63,744 bases of DNA, filler included, from Reticulomyxa filosa (GCA_000512085.1; 23 parts of 23 records of this genome joined end to end with filler, not necessarily neighbours in it); one strand, 5' to 3'; shown: positions 37,594 through 50,548, counted from the whole stretch's first letter. Made by a program: numbers and translations. The notes: generated by a model not told the origin, from the letters alone.

Positions 37594-40500
37594 ATAATGT
37601 TATGCATGCGTTGTCTTAATGTTTGCAAAGCAGATACAGATAGTCCAATTCTCTCACGTGCACTTCAAAGGTGCCACAAAAAACTCATTGGATCATTCGA
37701 GTCTATACTCACTGGCTGGATCAATTTTAAAAAAATTAAAGGCTATATTTGTGAGGATAGACCATTGAACAGGATGATGGAATTGAATCTTCCTAATTTG
37801 CAATATGTTTTGACTCATCCGAATATCCATCAATGTATCATTCATGAATTGAATAACTTGACTAACGATGAAATATCAAGAGGTCAAATCGATGTATTCA
37901 AATGTTTGTGTGTTTCAGCACAAACTACAAGCGTGATTGCACAATGGTTGCAAAAACACTTTCAACATTCAAATCGAAACATACGCAAAGATTGTGCAAA
38001 TGCACTTGGAACAATAGCAATGAAATTGGATGAAAATCAATTAGAGAGTATGGCAGAATTGATAATAGATGGATTTAAAACAGAAAATTTTTCTTATATT
38101 GATGTGTACGCAAATTTACTTTCAAAGTTATCATTATATTTTAATGAAAAACAATCAAGTAATATCTTTCATTGTTCGATAGATACATTGAAAGACACAG
38201 ATAAAAATACTTGTTTATCATTTTCAAAAGCATTTAAAATACTAGCAACGAGATTGAATGAAAAACAAATGAACGAAGTGTTTGATTGTTTAATGAAAAA
38301 AACTCAATATGGGGAAAACTGTGAATGTTATGAAGAAGCATTAAAAGTGATTTCTTTGAAATTGAGCAAAACAAAATTTGATTATTATGTTAAAAATTTG
38401 TTGACTAGTTTTAATAATAATCAGCAGAGTGTTCGTGGATTATGTGCTAGATTGCTCGCGGAGATTTCAGTGAAAGTGGATGAAAAACAACGAGGTTATA
38501 TTTTTAATTGTTTATTCTCTGGATTAAATGACTGCAGTAAAGATATTCGTCAATTATGTGAAAAATTACTTGAAAAAATTCCAGCGAGATTGAATAAAAT
38601 ACAATTAGATAATGCTTTTTCATATTTTATAAATGGATTAACCAAACATGGACAAGACATTGTTCGTCAATATTGTGCAACAGCGCTTGGAAATCTTTCA
38701 GTGAAATGGGATCAAGAACAATTAGAAAATATTACAAACTGTTTGATGGATATTTTGACTAAAAAAAATGATAAGAGCGTGCGTTGGGCATGTGAAAGAA
38801 CATTGGGAATTACTTTAGAAAGAATAAACCAAAAAAAATTGGAGATCACTTTTGAATATTTGATGAATGAATTGAAAAATACAAAACAATATATTCGTAA
38901 ATCTTATATTAATGTACTGAGAATAATTGTAATGAAATTAAACCAAACGCAATTAAATGCCTTCTTTGTGGATTTGGTAATGAATGAGAGTAAAAATGAA
39001 AATGGACGTACTCGTTATTTATGTACACAAATCACCCAAAAAATGTTGTTATTACGATTTAATGAAATACAATGGAGTGAAAATATTTTCAATTATTTCA
39101 TGAATGGACTTCTAGGTGATCCAGATAAAAATGTTCAATATGTATGTGCGGAATCATTAGGAAAACTTGCAACAAAATGGGATAACCAACAATTTGATAA
39201 TATTTATTACTGTCTGATTAACAAATTTCAAGATGACAATGAAGATGGATTAGTTCGTATAGCATGTGCGGAATCACTTGGAGCAATGTCAAAAAGAATG
39301 TGTCAACAACAATTTGATGATACTTTTAAATGTTTAATAAAAGAATTCAATAATAATGAAAATACAATTGTTCACAAATACTGTGTAGATTCTCTTGAAG
39401 TGCTATTAGTGAGATTGAGAGATGATTTTAAAGATTTGCATAGTGAATTGGAAGAAGATGAAGATAGAGATGTTTGTGCATCATCTACACAATCTCTAGA
39501 GGCTCTTGTAATGATATTGAAAAATAAACGACTTAATACTATTTTAATAAGTTTCATTAATGGACTTAAAGACGACAATGAAAGTATTCGTTTGCATTGC
39601 TCAGAAGAACTTGTAAAAATTTTTATTCAATTACACGGGAAACAATTGGATGATGTTTTCAATAGTTTGGCTAATGGATGCAATGATAAAAACAGAGATG
39701 TTCGTAGTTCGTGTCGAAAAGCATTTGAAATGATGTCGATGAAATTGAATAATGAACAACTAAATGATGCATTCAAATGTTTGATAAACATTTTTAATAA
39801 TGAAGATGACCATATTCATGATGCATGTGCAAACACACTCCAAGAAATAGCATTTCAATGGAAAAAAAAACAAATAGATTGTGTGTTTGATTGTTTAGTT
39901 TATGAACTTACTACCAAAGATTGTAATGTTTGCAGTTCATGTGCAAATGCACTTGGAATGATTGTGATGAGATTAAATGATAAACAATTGTGTTCATTAA
40001 TAAAAGGATTGTTAAAAAAAAAATTGACATGTGCACAAAGAGGTGTGGATATGATATTACAAGCAATGACAAATGATATATGGAAACGTTTTATAATGAG
40101 TGTGTTGAAAGAGAAAAAGAACAAGAAAAATGAAAAGAGGAAACAATTAACTGAAAATGAACAAATAGCATCAAATCAAAAAAATGAAAAGAAAGAAATT
40201 CAACTATTGACATTTGCTTTATTGATATACACTCCTCGTATTCAATTGAATGTTGATGACACATTTACTGGATTGATATGTTGGTGCAATAAACAAGCCA
40301 TGAAATGGGGTTTCCCAATAGAACAAAAATGGACTAACTTTGATTCTATTTCATATCCTTCTTTGGATAATCTTTCTAATGGCAGTCAATACAATGATAC
40401 GTATCCTATTATTCATGAGGCAATAGAATCCAACGATATATCACAAATAGAGCGTGCATTGGGATATTATATTAATATCAATAATGTATTACAATTGGCC

Positions 40501-41766
40501 ATCCGTAATAAAAATTGGAATATTGTTCGTTATTGTATTGAGAAAGGTGCATGGATTGATATTACTTTTGATATAATCAAACCATTAACTCCTTTGCAAT
40601 ATATCATAAAACTAAGTGATAAAAGGAAAAAGATAAAAGATAACAATAATGAGAGTGAAAAAAAAAATTTGGAAATGGTAGAAATGTGCAAATGGATATT
40701 GAAAAAACGAACTAATTTTCCAATGAAACAAATTGAATATGCCATTGATTATGTTAAAGATAAGTTAATTGATGAAGATGATCAAACTAGTAATGACGAA
40801 AGTGATGAGAAGTTATTACAAGAAGGTGCAAGTTTCTTATTGGGAATGAGTCCAACGCAATTACAAGAGGGATTAGATAGTAATTCAGTTTATTGGACAA
40901 ATACTCAAAGTATTGAATCGATTAAACACAATAATACAAACAAAAAGCAATGGGATCCAATTCCATTTTTAATATATCGAATATTTTTATTATTTGAAAT
41001 ATGTGTCAAATTAAAACAGCAAGGAACAATTAATATTAATTTGCCAAAGCATACAACATTTGAACAAATATATGAAAAAGGGACAAAAGAATTACAGACA
41101 CAATTGACAACATATTGGGATTATAACACAACTAAAATACTTCAACACAAATATCCAGAGCTAATTGATGAATGGAGTTGGAATATAGTAGATCGTGTGA
41201 TGAATTTAAAACCAATGTCATTGAATGAATGCTGTGAAATTAGTTTAATAGTTGGCTATAAAGATTATAAATTTTATTTGAGTTTGTGTAAAACATCTAC
41301 TTCTATTTTGATAAGACTTGACAATCGATGGATGGGTACTGTTCCATTGAATACACCTCATCTGAAGAAAGTAATATCAATAAATGGGAACAACTATGAA
41401 GCAATACAACCATATTTAGTTGCATTTTTTCCATGTGATAGTTCAAATATCGAACAAAATAAGGAATGGTTAAAAAATTATATTAAATATGCAATTGAGT
41501 TAAGAAACAGTGATAGTACTGAAAGTATGGAACACTTGTATGGTAATGTTAGCAAGCCACATAGCGTCCTTCCTCTTGAAGGTGGTTGGCCATCAACCAC
41601 AAAGAATTGGCCATATCGCCCAATACAAACAGATATAAATGAGTGTTATTTACGAAATCATAATGTCGGATATCGAATTCGTTTAGGTGATAACATTTAC
41701 CAATGGTTCCGTGATCAAGAAAGAAAGTTTTGTATCAAACACAGGAGCACCAAGAAAAATTCGTAA
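37594..41766 (+). CDS. Large intronless HEAT-repeat + ankyrin protein with uncharacterised C-terminal domain (5' partial)
   Basis: About 17 ~39-aa repeats (D....VR..CA..LG.I..KL...Q....F.CL..GL), then ankyrin-like IHEAIESND/LQLAIRNKNWNIVRYCIEKGA, then a ~330-aa globular tail. The frame is open at the contig start. Confidence 0.88.
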   Translation: MMLCMRCLNVCKADTDSPILSRALQRCHKKLIGSFESILTGWINFKKIKGYICEDRPLNRMMELNLPNLQYVLTHPNIHQCIIHELNNLTNDEISRGQIDVFKCLCVSAQTTSVIAQWLQKHFQHSNRNIRKDCANALGTIAMKLDENQLESMAELIIDGFKTENFSYIDVYANLLSKLSLYFNEKQSSNIFHCSIDTLKDTDKNTCLSFSKAFKILATRLNEKQMNEVFDCLMKKTQYGENCECYEEALKVISLKLSKTKFDYYVKNLLTSFNNNQQSVRGLCARLLAEISVKVDEKQRGYIFNCLFSGLNDCSKDIRQLCEKLLEKIPARLNKIQLDNAFSYFINGLTKHGQDIVRQYCATALGNLSVKWDQEQLENITNCLMDILTKKNDKSVRWACERTLGITLERINQKKLEITFEYLMNELKNTKQYIRKSYINVLRIIVMKLNQTQLNAFFVDLVMNESKNENGRTRYLCTQITQKMLLLRFNEIQWSENIFNYFMNGLLGDPDKNVQYVCAESLGKLATKWDNQQFDNIYYCLINKFQDDNEDGLVRIACAESLGAMSKRMCQQQFDDTFKCLIKEFNNNENTIVHKYCVDSLEVLLVRLRDDFKDLHSELEEDEDRDVCASSTQSLEALVMILKNKRLNTILISFINGLKDDNESIRLHCSEELVKIFIQLHGKQLDDVFNSLANGCNDKNRDVRSSCRKAFEMMSMKLNNEQLNDAFKCLINIFNNEDDHIHDACANTLQEIAFQWKKKQIDCVFDCLVYELTTKDCNVCSSCANALGMIVMRLNDKQLCSLIKGLLKKKLTCAQRGVDMILQAMTNDIWKRFIMSVLKEKKNKKNEKRKQLTENEQIASNQKNEKKEIQLLTFALLIYTPRIQLNVDDTFTGLICWCNKQAMKWGFPIEQKWTNFDSISYPSLDNLSNGSQYNDTYPIIHEAIESNDISQIERALGYYININNVLQLAIRNKNWNIVRYCIEKGAWIDITFDIIKPLTPLQYIIKLSDKRKKIKDNNNESEKKNLEMVEMCKWILKKRTNFPMKQIEYAIDYVKDKLIDEDDQTSNDESDEKLLQEGASFLLGMSPTQLQEGLDSNSVYWTNTQSIESIKHNNTNKKQWDPIPFLIYRIFLLFEICVKLKQQGTININLPKHTTFEQIYEKGTKELQTQLTTYWDYNTTKILQHKYPELIDEWSWNIVDRVMNLKPMSLNECCEISLIVGYKDYKFYLSLCKTSTSILIRLDNRWMGTVPLNTPHLKKVISINGNNYEAIQPYLVAFFPCDSSNIEQNKEWLKNYIKYAIELRNSDSTESMEHLYGNVSKPHSVLPLEGGWPSTTKNWPYRPIQTDINECYLRNHNVGYRIRLGDNIYQWFRDQERKFCIKHRSTKKNS

Positions 41767-42186
41767 GAAGATCATCAAGGATATATTCCCGTCATAAAAA
41801 TTCAACTTAAGTTGTTTGAAAATTTTCAGCAGCTGAAAGTTTTATTTGATGGATGCGTTCTGTTGGTAAGTCCTTTTTTTGAATTCTCATTTTATTGGAA
41901 ATTTTTTTTCATTGCAGAAGAGAAGAAATTATGAAAGATATCCTCTTAGCAATTATTGTTTTTTTATGCAACAAAGTTTAGGCGTCATATTAATTAAAAT
42001 TAAAAAAAATGTCTCAGAACCAAGAATATCGTTCACAATTTTTTTTTGAAAAAAAGGTGACCATATTTGTAAATTTAAAGTTAGAGAATTATAATGGAAA
42101 CAAGGATATGCACATGAAATACTATTGTGTAATTTTGATAGTACATCAAAAATCAGTACCTCGTATTGATTATAAGAAAAATTTAG

Positions 42187-44381
42187 TTACAATAATCCCC
42201 ACAATCGAATTGTTTTTCTACTTGAGCAAGATGCAATAGTGTTTCCATCTAGTGAAACATCTATTCTTATCACTCTCGATGAATGTCCTTTCAATGTTTG
42301 AATTTCTATTCCAAGTTTTAAATTCCATAACCGTATTGTTGTGTCATCTGAACATGATACTATAGTTTCTCCGTCTGGAAAAATGTTACATCATTAACAA
42401 TGTCCGAATGTCCTTCCAATACTTTAATTTCTACTCTTGATATTGTATCCCATATTCGAATTGTTTTGTCAGTTGAACAAGAAGCAATTGTTTGACCATC
42501 TGGTGAATATTGTACTCTAAGCACATGCCCATTATGTTTACATAATTCGCCTATTCTTTGTGTATGCAATATATCCCATATTCCAATTGTTTTATCACAA
42601 GCAGATACAAGAAATTGACCATTTGGAGAAAATTGCACATCATTTACTTCTTTTAAATGTTCAAATCTCTTTATTTCTTCTCCAGATTTCGCATCCCATA
42701 ATCGAATTGTACGATCTTTTGAACTTGAAGCAACAAGTGTTCCATCTGGTGAAAAACTTGCACTTGTTACATTGTCAAAATGTCCTTCAAATTTTCTTAT
42801 TTCCTTTCTTGATCTAACATCCCATAATCGAATTGTTCGATCATCTGAACATGACACTATCATTTTTCCATCTGATGAAAATTGAGCATTATTAACGATA
42901 CCTAAATGCCCATACAATGAGTGGAGTCGTTTTCCTAATATTCTAATTTTTTTATCTGCTGATGATGAAATAACTTTTGTTCCATCAGGTGAAAATTTAA
43001 TGCTGTTCACAGACTTTGGATGTGCATGGCATTCTTTTAATAATTTGAAATATTTCACTGACTATTTTTTTTTGTAGACCTAATTATAAAAAAAATTAAA
43101 ACAAAAAAATATATACCCAAAAATTTCGTAAAATGATGATGTTGAATTCATCAATCCATCCTATTTTAATGCATGATGATCGTAGCCAATGTCTAGTAAT
43201 CATTTTGATCTCTTTTGTTTTCTATTTTTTTTTATATCTATAATTACAAGAATAACAACAATAATGAATAACTCAACTGTTAACCTTTTGATATCGACAT
43301 TTGGTTGCATCATGTTCATCTCCAGTTTAATCGATTCAGTTTCTTTTATTTGCTCTTGTTCCATAAACCAAAGTTTTTCGACTTCAGTTTGTTTTTTCAT
43401 TAAATCTTTCAATTTTACCTTCATATGTGTCAAACGAATATCCATTCTTCTCTTTTTTCCAATGATATGTACATATAATTGATCATCACTTAATATTCCA
43501 ATGCATTCGCTTAATAAAAGAGGTAGAGTTGTCTCACATTTCATCCATTTATCTTCATGTATTAAATATTTGTGTATGCTTGCACTTGCCTCAAGATAAT
43601 CACCACGTCCACCAAAAAACAAAATCATATCATCTGTAAGCACATATCCATAATCTTGAAATTGTCTAATTGTTGAACACATCCATATGTTACGAAATTG
43701 AAATGTTTTATTGTCTTCCTCATATTTAATAGATAATCCTGTCGTTTTAAAAAATAACAGCATTTCACTTTTATTATTTTCATTTGGATGAGTCATTGCA
43801 TTTGTTGACCTATTCTCCGGTTTTAATACAAAACAATGAAAACTAACAGGATCAGTCATTGGTAAACGAGCAGAAGCGACATATTTATATGTATCTAAAT
43901 CAAACACATCAATATATGTAGAAGAAGTAATAAACAATAAATTATTATTGCTTCCTCCAATTACTGCACGTGTTCCCATAAAATTAAAATGTCTTTTTTG
44001 AATACAAACTGGTGCATTATTGCTGTCAACTAAAGGAATCCATGTATTATCATCTGTTGTTTTTTCAATTCCTCTTTTTTTCCAAACGCTTATATATTTC
44101 ATCGTCAGCACATGTCCAAATGCTCCACCAAATGACAACAACACAGTTTCATTTGAATCATTTTTATTTGGAATTTTTACTACACAATATCCATAATGTG
44201 TAAATTCCCGCGGATAGTCGCAAACCCATTTGTATTTGCTTCCTGGGATATGATAGGAGTAACAACCTTCTTGCTCGATACCCCCACAAACAAGGATTTC
44301 GCGTTTTTGAATAATACATTGACATTTACAGAAGTTGTATGGCAAAAAGGTCAAGATATGGAACGCAGCTGAATTCTTCAT
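42187..44381 (-). CDS. Kelch-like propeller + WD40 fusion protein (one homopolymer frameshift)
   Basis: Exons 44381-43278, 43221-43117 (KTKEIKMITRHW..GWIDEFNIII) and 43061-42187 join in phase 0. There are 7 WD repeats (FSPDG..SCSxDxTIRLWD). A frameshift at ~42380-42383 interrupts repeat 6. Confidence 0.85.
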
Positions 44382-45060
44382 TTTTTGTTTGCGAATACAA
44401 TGAATTATAATTTTTCACTCAACATAGAACTAAAAAATAAGGGACCTATACTTTAGTTTACTGTTTGGTGTCACAGAATCGAGACCTGTAATTGCTTAAG
44501 TAACTTCTTCCTATTTTTTTTGGTTTTAGAAGCAAATATCGTTTATAATATTCAAAGAAACGAATTGACGAGCTTAAACATCTAAATATTAACTCAACAT
44601 CATAGGACCATTAAAATCAATGTGTATTGCAAAATAAAGTGTTGTGGAGATTATTAGAAATGTACTCATACTATTTTTTTAAAATTTCTTTATTTTTTTT
44701 ACATATCAATTTCTTGTTAGTTTTCAAAATAGAAAAGCATTGCATAAGTGCAACAAATCGGGATATTGATCGAGCACAAATTTTATAATTAAAATTCAAT
44801 ACTTTGTGCCATTGACATCTTAATTATTTTGTTTTTTTTTTTTGCACAGCAGTTATTTCAAATGTTTTTTCAAGTTAAAAAAAGCAAAACAGTAACAAAC
44901 AAGAAAAATTGTCCTAAGAGAGGAGAAATTATGTTAGACATGATTTGCGAATGAAAATGTTAAAATTCAATTTCATAACAAAAAAGGGAATTCAATTTTT
45001 ACTCAAAAAAAAAAAAATTTATAAAAAACAGAACGGAGAAATTGTGAGAATAGAGAGATA

Positions 45061-47219
45061 TTAAGCTTGTAATTGCCTTCTCACTAATTCAGAGTAGTAA
45101 GTTTTGTCGTCAGCGATGAGTTCTTCATGAGTTCCTTGTTCCACAATTTTCCCATTTTTTAACACAGCAATCCAGTCACATTCGCGTATGGTGCTCAAAC
45201 GATGGGCTATTACAATTGTAGTCCTCCCTTTCATTGATTTTCGCAAAGCATCGCTGACAAGGGCCTCACCGGCGGCATCCAAGGCGCTCGTTGCTTCATC
45301 AAGCAACAGTATTTTTGGATTTTTGATCAACGCACGTGCAATAGCGATACGTTGTTTTTGTCCACCGGACAAATTCAATCCGCCCTCACCTGGTGTTCAC
45401 ATATGCAAACATGAAATCCATTATCCAAGCAGCAGCAGTCGATTAAAAAAACAAAGAAACAAAAAAGGCATTTGCATACCAACAAAAGTGTTATACTTTT
45501 GAGGAAATTGAACAATAAAGTCATGAGCATTGGCTTCCTTTGCAACACGCACAATTTCTTTGTCCAATGCGTCGGTGTCGAACTCGTAAGTCTCTTGAAT
45601 GGAGGGAGGAGGAGCAGAAGAGGAAGAAATGGCAGTGGAAGCTTGTTTGCGAACAAACAAGTGTGGCAAAGGGACATTGCTTCCTTTGTAGTGTTTATAG
45701 TGTTCCAGACCATATATGATATTGTCGGCAATGGTTCCAGTGAACAGCACTGGCTCTTGCGACACGACCGCGATATTGCTGCGAATCGACTCTGGTTTGA
45801 CCTCTTTCAGCCTCAATCCATCCAACAAAACGTCTCCTTCATCTGTGTCGTAATAGCGCAAAAGCAGCGACATTATCGTAGATTTGCCCGACCCCGATTC
45901 ACCAACGACAGCGACTGATCTTTCCAATTTAACACGCATATACATGTGTGAACATGTGTGTGTGTGTGATCTGATATATGCATCCATATATATATATATA
46001 TGTTTATATAAACACCTACTTTCCGGCAGGAACGGTCAAGCAAAAGTCATCCAAAATGATGTTTTCTTTTCGCGTGGGATATCTGAATTTGACACGTCGA
46101 AACTCAATGTGACCTTGAATGTTGACAGGCAGATCAATACCAATGTCATTGGGGATGAGCGAGTTACGATCCATAATTTCAAAGACTCTGGTGGAGGCGC
46201 CAATGCCGCGCATCAGAGAGGCAAAGTTGTTGGTGACGCTGACGGTGGACATGCCAACGTAAATGGAATAAAGCAAGAACGACGTGAGCAGTCCGCTGGT
46301 GATGACGCCCGACTGCACCAGCGTGCCACCATAAGCCAGCACGCCGAGCATGAACAAGTTGCCGACCATTCCAGCGGTCCCAAAGAAGACACTGCTGCCT
46401 TGGCTTTGAAGTAGTGATATATTAAACACGCGATCAATCTGACAGTTGATGTTTTGTCATTACAAGAATGTTATTGATTTATAACACAATCACTCAGTCA
46501 ATCAATTAATTAATCATTTTAAAATAAATAAATAAATAAATAAATGATATGAAAAACTTGTTGATGATATCTCTTTCGTTCTTGAATTTCATTTGCAAAT
46601 GACCGCACGGTTCGAATATTCAACAGCTTTTCTTCAGCTACACTGGTGCTGTCACTGAGGGCCCTTTGCACGGCTTCTTGCGTGCTTCGGACAAACCTGC
46701 CAAACAAAATGCTGCCCGTGATGCCCAAAGGGATTAATGCGCACATCACTTTGCTCAGCTCCGGCGACAAGTATACCATCACCCCAAAGGCGCCCACGAA
46801 TTGAGCCAGATTGCGCAGCATCGCCGCCAGCTGCAGTCCGCCAAACGACTCGCCCATCAGCGTGGTGTCGCTGGACAGTCGATTCACCAGCTCGCCCGTC
46901 GACGTGCGATCAAAGAACTCGGTCTCTTGCTTCGTTATGCTATCAAACAGCTCCTGTCGGATACGTCGCACCACATTGTGTCCGGCGCGGCTGAAGCAAT
47001 ACACGCGGCACGTGTTCGCTGCGCCGCCGATTACAAACACTGTGCCTAGCAATACACTCAAACTGCTTAAGCTCATCCCTGTCGCCGCGCCCTGTTTGCA
47101 TTTTGAGTTGTCCCCGTTCCCCCCAAAAAAAAAAAGTTCAAAAGTTCACACAAGTTTCAAATGTAAGAAAGACTTTGAGATTTCAATATACATATATGAT
47201 CACCGACTTTCAAACAATT

Positions 47220-47250
<31 letters not shown>

Positions 47251-47620
47251 GGGGTTTTAAAAAATTTTTTTTTTTTTTTGCAAAACTGTGGCAACATCAA
47301 TTATACGTCCGAAAGCGGCAGGCACAATCATCGTTACGCCTGTAGATATCGTCATAAAACCGGCCCCAGCCAAAACCCATTTCATTTCTGGCTTGGTGAA
47401 ATGCCACAGTCTTTTGAACTCGGCTTTGCCAATGTCGTTCCTTGTCGTGGCCAGGGTCGACCATATGTCCTTTGACGGACCTCGCTTTTTTCGCACGTTG
47501 CTTTGGCTCGTAACGCTCACGGAGGTCGCTGGGGCGCTCTGCTTTTCTTGCTCGCTTGTTGAAAATTGATGTGCTATCAAACATTCTGCCTTCTTTACAT
47601 TTTGAGATATAGGACCAAAG
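45061..47620 (-). CDS. ABC subfamily B half-transporter, ABCB10/MDL1-like
   Basis: TMD exons ([19 protein letters not shown]; [14 protein letters not shown]) and NBD motifs [43 protein letters not shown] and IAHRLST. The start codon is unresolved. Confidence 0.93.
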
Positions 47621-48810
47621 CGTTGCTGGCTTCTCTTTTTTTTTTTAAGGTTGTTGTTTTCAAGTTCAATGAATTTTATTACTTATTTATTTTCAATGGC
47701 ACCAATGGCTAACTTACTAAGCCTTCTTGCAAACTGAAACGCCGAGAATAGGCCAGCAGTCGATACATGCAGGTGAATGTTGTTCGAAAAAAAATATTGA
47801 AAAGTAAAAGGGGCAAGCCACTCCTTAGCACTTGCTTTTTATTGTTATTGAAATTTATTGTTAAATAGACTCGCTTAAAAAAAAATGAACATAATTACTG
47901 TGACAATCAATTGAAATATTTCTTATTTTTATTTTTTTTTTAGATTTGATTTTTCACAATTATCAAAAACTTAAAAACAGTCTGCAGCAAGTTTCAGAAA
48001 AAGGAAAACAATGCTGTATCGCTTTTTTCTCTGAAAAGAGTTGACGTAAGTTCTTCAAGTATCGTAGCTGCATAAGGTAAAGTTTTTTAGTACTTGGTAA
48101 ACGTTCCTACCATTGCCACTTACTTTTTTTTTTGCTGTTCGAGATTGAATTGCTGCTTTGGGAGAGTGAAGCCAAAAATCAAAGAAAAAGGTCTGTCTAT
48201 GTTAAGCTGTTTGTTTATGTTTGTCGTTGAGTTCTTTTTTGGTGACGTTCCACACTGTAAAACGAAGTGTGCTCTGTTTCCGAACGAAGGTCACGTAAAA
48301 AATGATCAAATTTTTAAAGGTTCAATAACAAAAAAAAAATGTTTCAAACACATAAATGAATTGTTTCCTTTTTTTTTTTCTTCCCTCTCTCCTCTCCTCC
48401 CCTGGAATTTTGTAGGATTCTTCCAAACGTCCACATCCAGTATCCGGCTCACATGCAAACAGCGTTGGTCTGTTTTGTTTTGTTCTGTTTTCTCATGTAT
48501 TAAAAAATAATTTTTTTTACACTCCTTTTTGGTATACCCGTGCAAAATTTTTGAAACTTTCGGGAAATCGCATTTCCAAAATCCCGGAAGAGGTGCTTTC
48601 GACATGCGTTTTTGCGGCGTGAAAAAAGTGTGTATTGATTACTGCACAATTTAAAAAAAAAAAAAAAAAATGGACGAGTGCGAAATGGGGGAAAAAAAAA
48701 AAAAAAAAGAAAAAAATAAATTGTAACAGCAAATTTGTTTGTTTGTGTATTTGTTTTTGATATATGAAAAGATATTTCCTCATTCATATTTGGAATTGAC
48801 AACCTCGGCG

Positions 48811-49071
48811 ATGGACGAAAACAGCGCAGCGGACAATCATCGTGCATCGAACAAGAGTGGCCATTACAGCGAACGAAAAAGTCGAAAAAGAAATGAAGTG
48901 AATGACAGCGCAAGCAGAGGGGATGGAGATCCGTTGTTTCGAATTGAGCCCTCTTGTCTCCACAACACAGAGCAAAGAAATAGGACAATAGAAGCAAATA
49001 AACATTATGGTGATTCCCATTTTCAAAGTATTGTGAAAATGAGCACTCCTATTCATAATAGCAATTACAAC

Positions 49072-49110
<39 letters not shown>
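48811..49110 (+). CDS. Hypothetical protein N-terminus (partial, ends in poly-N)
   Basis: MDENSAADNH.. open to an (AAT)n tract at the contig end. Confidence 0.5.
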
Positions 49111-49254
49111 NNNNNNNNNNNNNNNNNNNNNNNNNNNNNNNNNNNNNNNNNNNNTTAATTAATTAANNNNNNNNNNNNNNNNNNNNNNNNNNNNNNNNNN
49201 NNNNNNNNNNGTTTATTTGTTGAGTGTGCATACACACACACACACACACACACT

Positions 49255-49504
49255 CAACAAACAATTTTCTTTTTTTAACGTTGGTAAAATGTTTTAGTGC
49301 TCTAGAATGCAATTGTGATTCGCTCTCGGGTAAACGCTTTTGCTTTGCTTTTTGAATTGAATTTACGAAATGGTGCAGCGAACTCGTTTCATCGGTGCAA
49401 TGGTCATGCTCTTTATCCACGGCAAATAGACATAATTGATCCACTAAGTGTAAATACCGCATTTGTGCCATCAGTAAATCCATATTGATAGTATTCGCCA
49501 TCAT
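49255..49504 (-). CDS. Hypothetical protein, probable first exon
   Basis: MMANTINMDLL.. followed by a (GT)n intron-like tract. Confidence 0.4.
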
Positions 49505-50459
49505 CTCTCTATTGCCATCTCTTTGGTTGTTTTGTGTTTGTTTTTTTCTCACCCTTTCTCTTGCGAGCGAAAGGGAAAGCGGGGGAAAATTCAATTTTGA
49601 TATGCAACTTGGATAAGGCCTCAGTATTAAACCACGTTTTTCCTCTTGCCGACGCTGATCGGTTTTCAAGCAGCAATACTGAGTGTCCACGAAAGCGCAG
49701 GGTTTTCATCAATGTGAACATTTTGAGGTTCTGCAGGGGAAACTTAGTAAAAAAAAACTTTGTAACTCGACTTCTTACTCAAAAAGCAAGTTTTTGAGTG
49801 ATACTAATATGCTTTGATCTTAATTAGTCAACACAAAAACAGACTTGTTTTGTCTTGGCTTTAATTTATTACTGCGATTAATGATAAAGATATTGTCAAA
49901 GTGAACGTACTTATTATAAATAGCCTGTCACTTTGTCAATTTTTTTTTTTGCTGTTATTGTCAGCATTTTGTTATTCGTATATAAATTGTGTTTGCAGTT
50001 GATTGGTTTTAAACTCTGACGATTAACGTTAGTATGCGTAATCGATAAGTAATCATTTCGATCCAATTTAAACATGGCTCTTTTTAAGCATGTTAACATT
50101 ACAAAGCAAGCTAATTTAGGAATGTCGAATATGCACACTCTGTCTAAAAAAGACCAGTAAAAGAAGATTTTTTACAGTGAGAATATAATCTGCAAGTTAT
50201 CGAGTAATATCAAAACAACAACCCGACAAAAGGATGACAATGTACTTTACGTCCCTCAATAGCAATAACAAAAACAAATAAACAACAAAAAAAAAAAGCA
50301 ACAACACTGAATCCAATTTGGACTATTAAACTGAAGTGAATACACTGAATATGAAAGTNNNNNNNNNNNNNNNNNNNNNNNNNNNNNNNNNNNNNNNNNN
50401 NNTTAATTAATTAANNNNNNNNNNNNNNNNNNNNNNNNNNNNNNNNNNNNNNNNNNNNA

Positions 50460-50548
50460 TTACTGTGTTGGCGATATTTTTTGGTTTAATCATGTTAGTG
50501 GTTCCACTAACAAGTTAATTATATATATTTTTTATTTAGATATTTTGT
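50460..50548. repeat. Direct repeat copy 1 (contains hairpin TGTTAGTGG-TT-CCACTAACA)
   Basis: Near-identical to 52969-53066 at the other end of the same contig. Confidence 0.9.
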
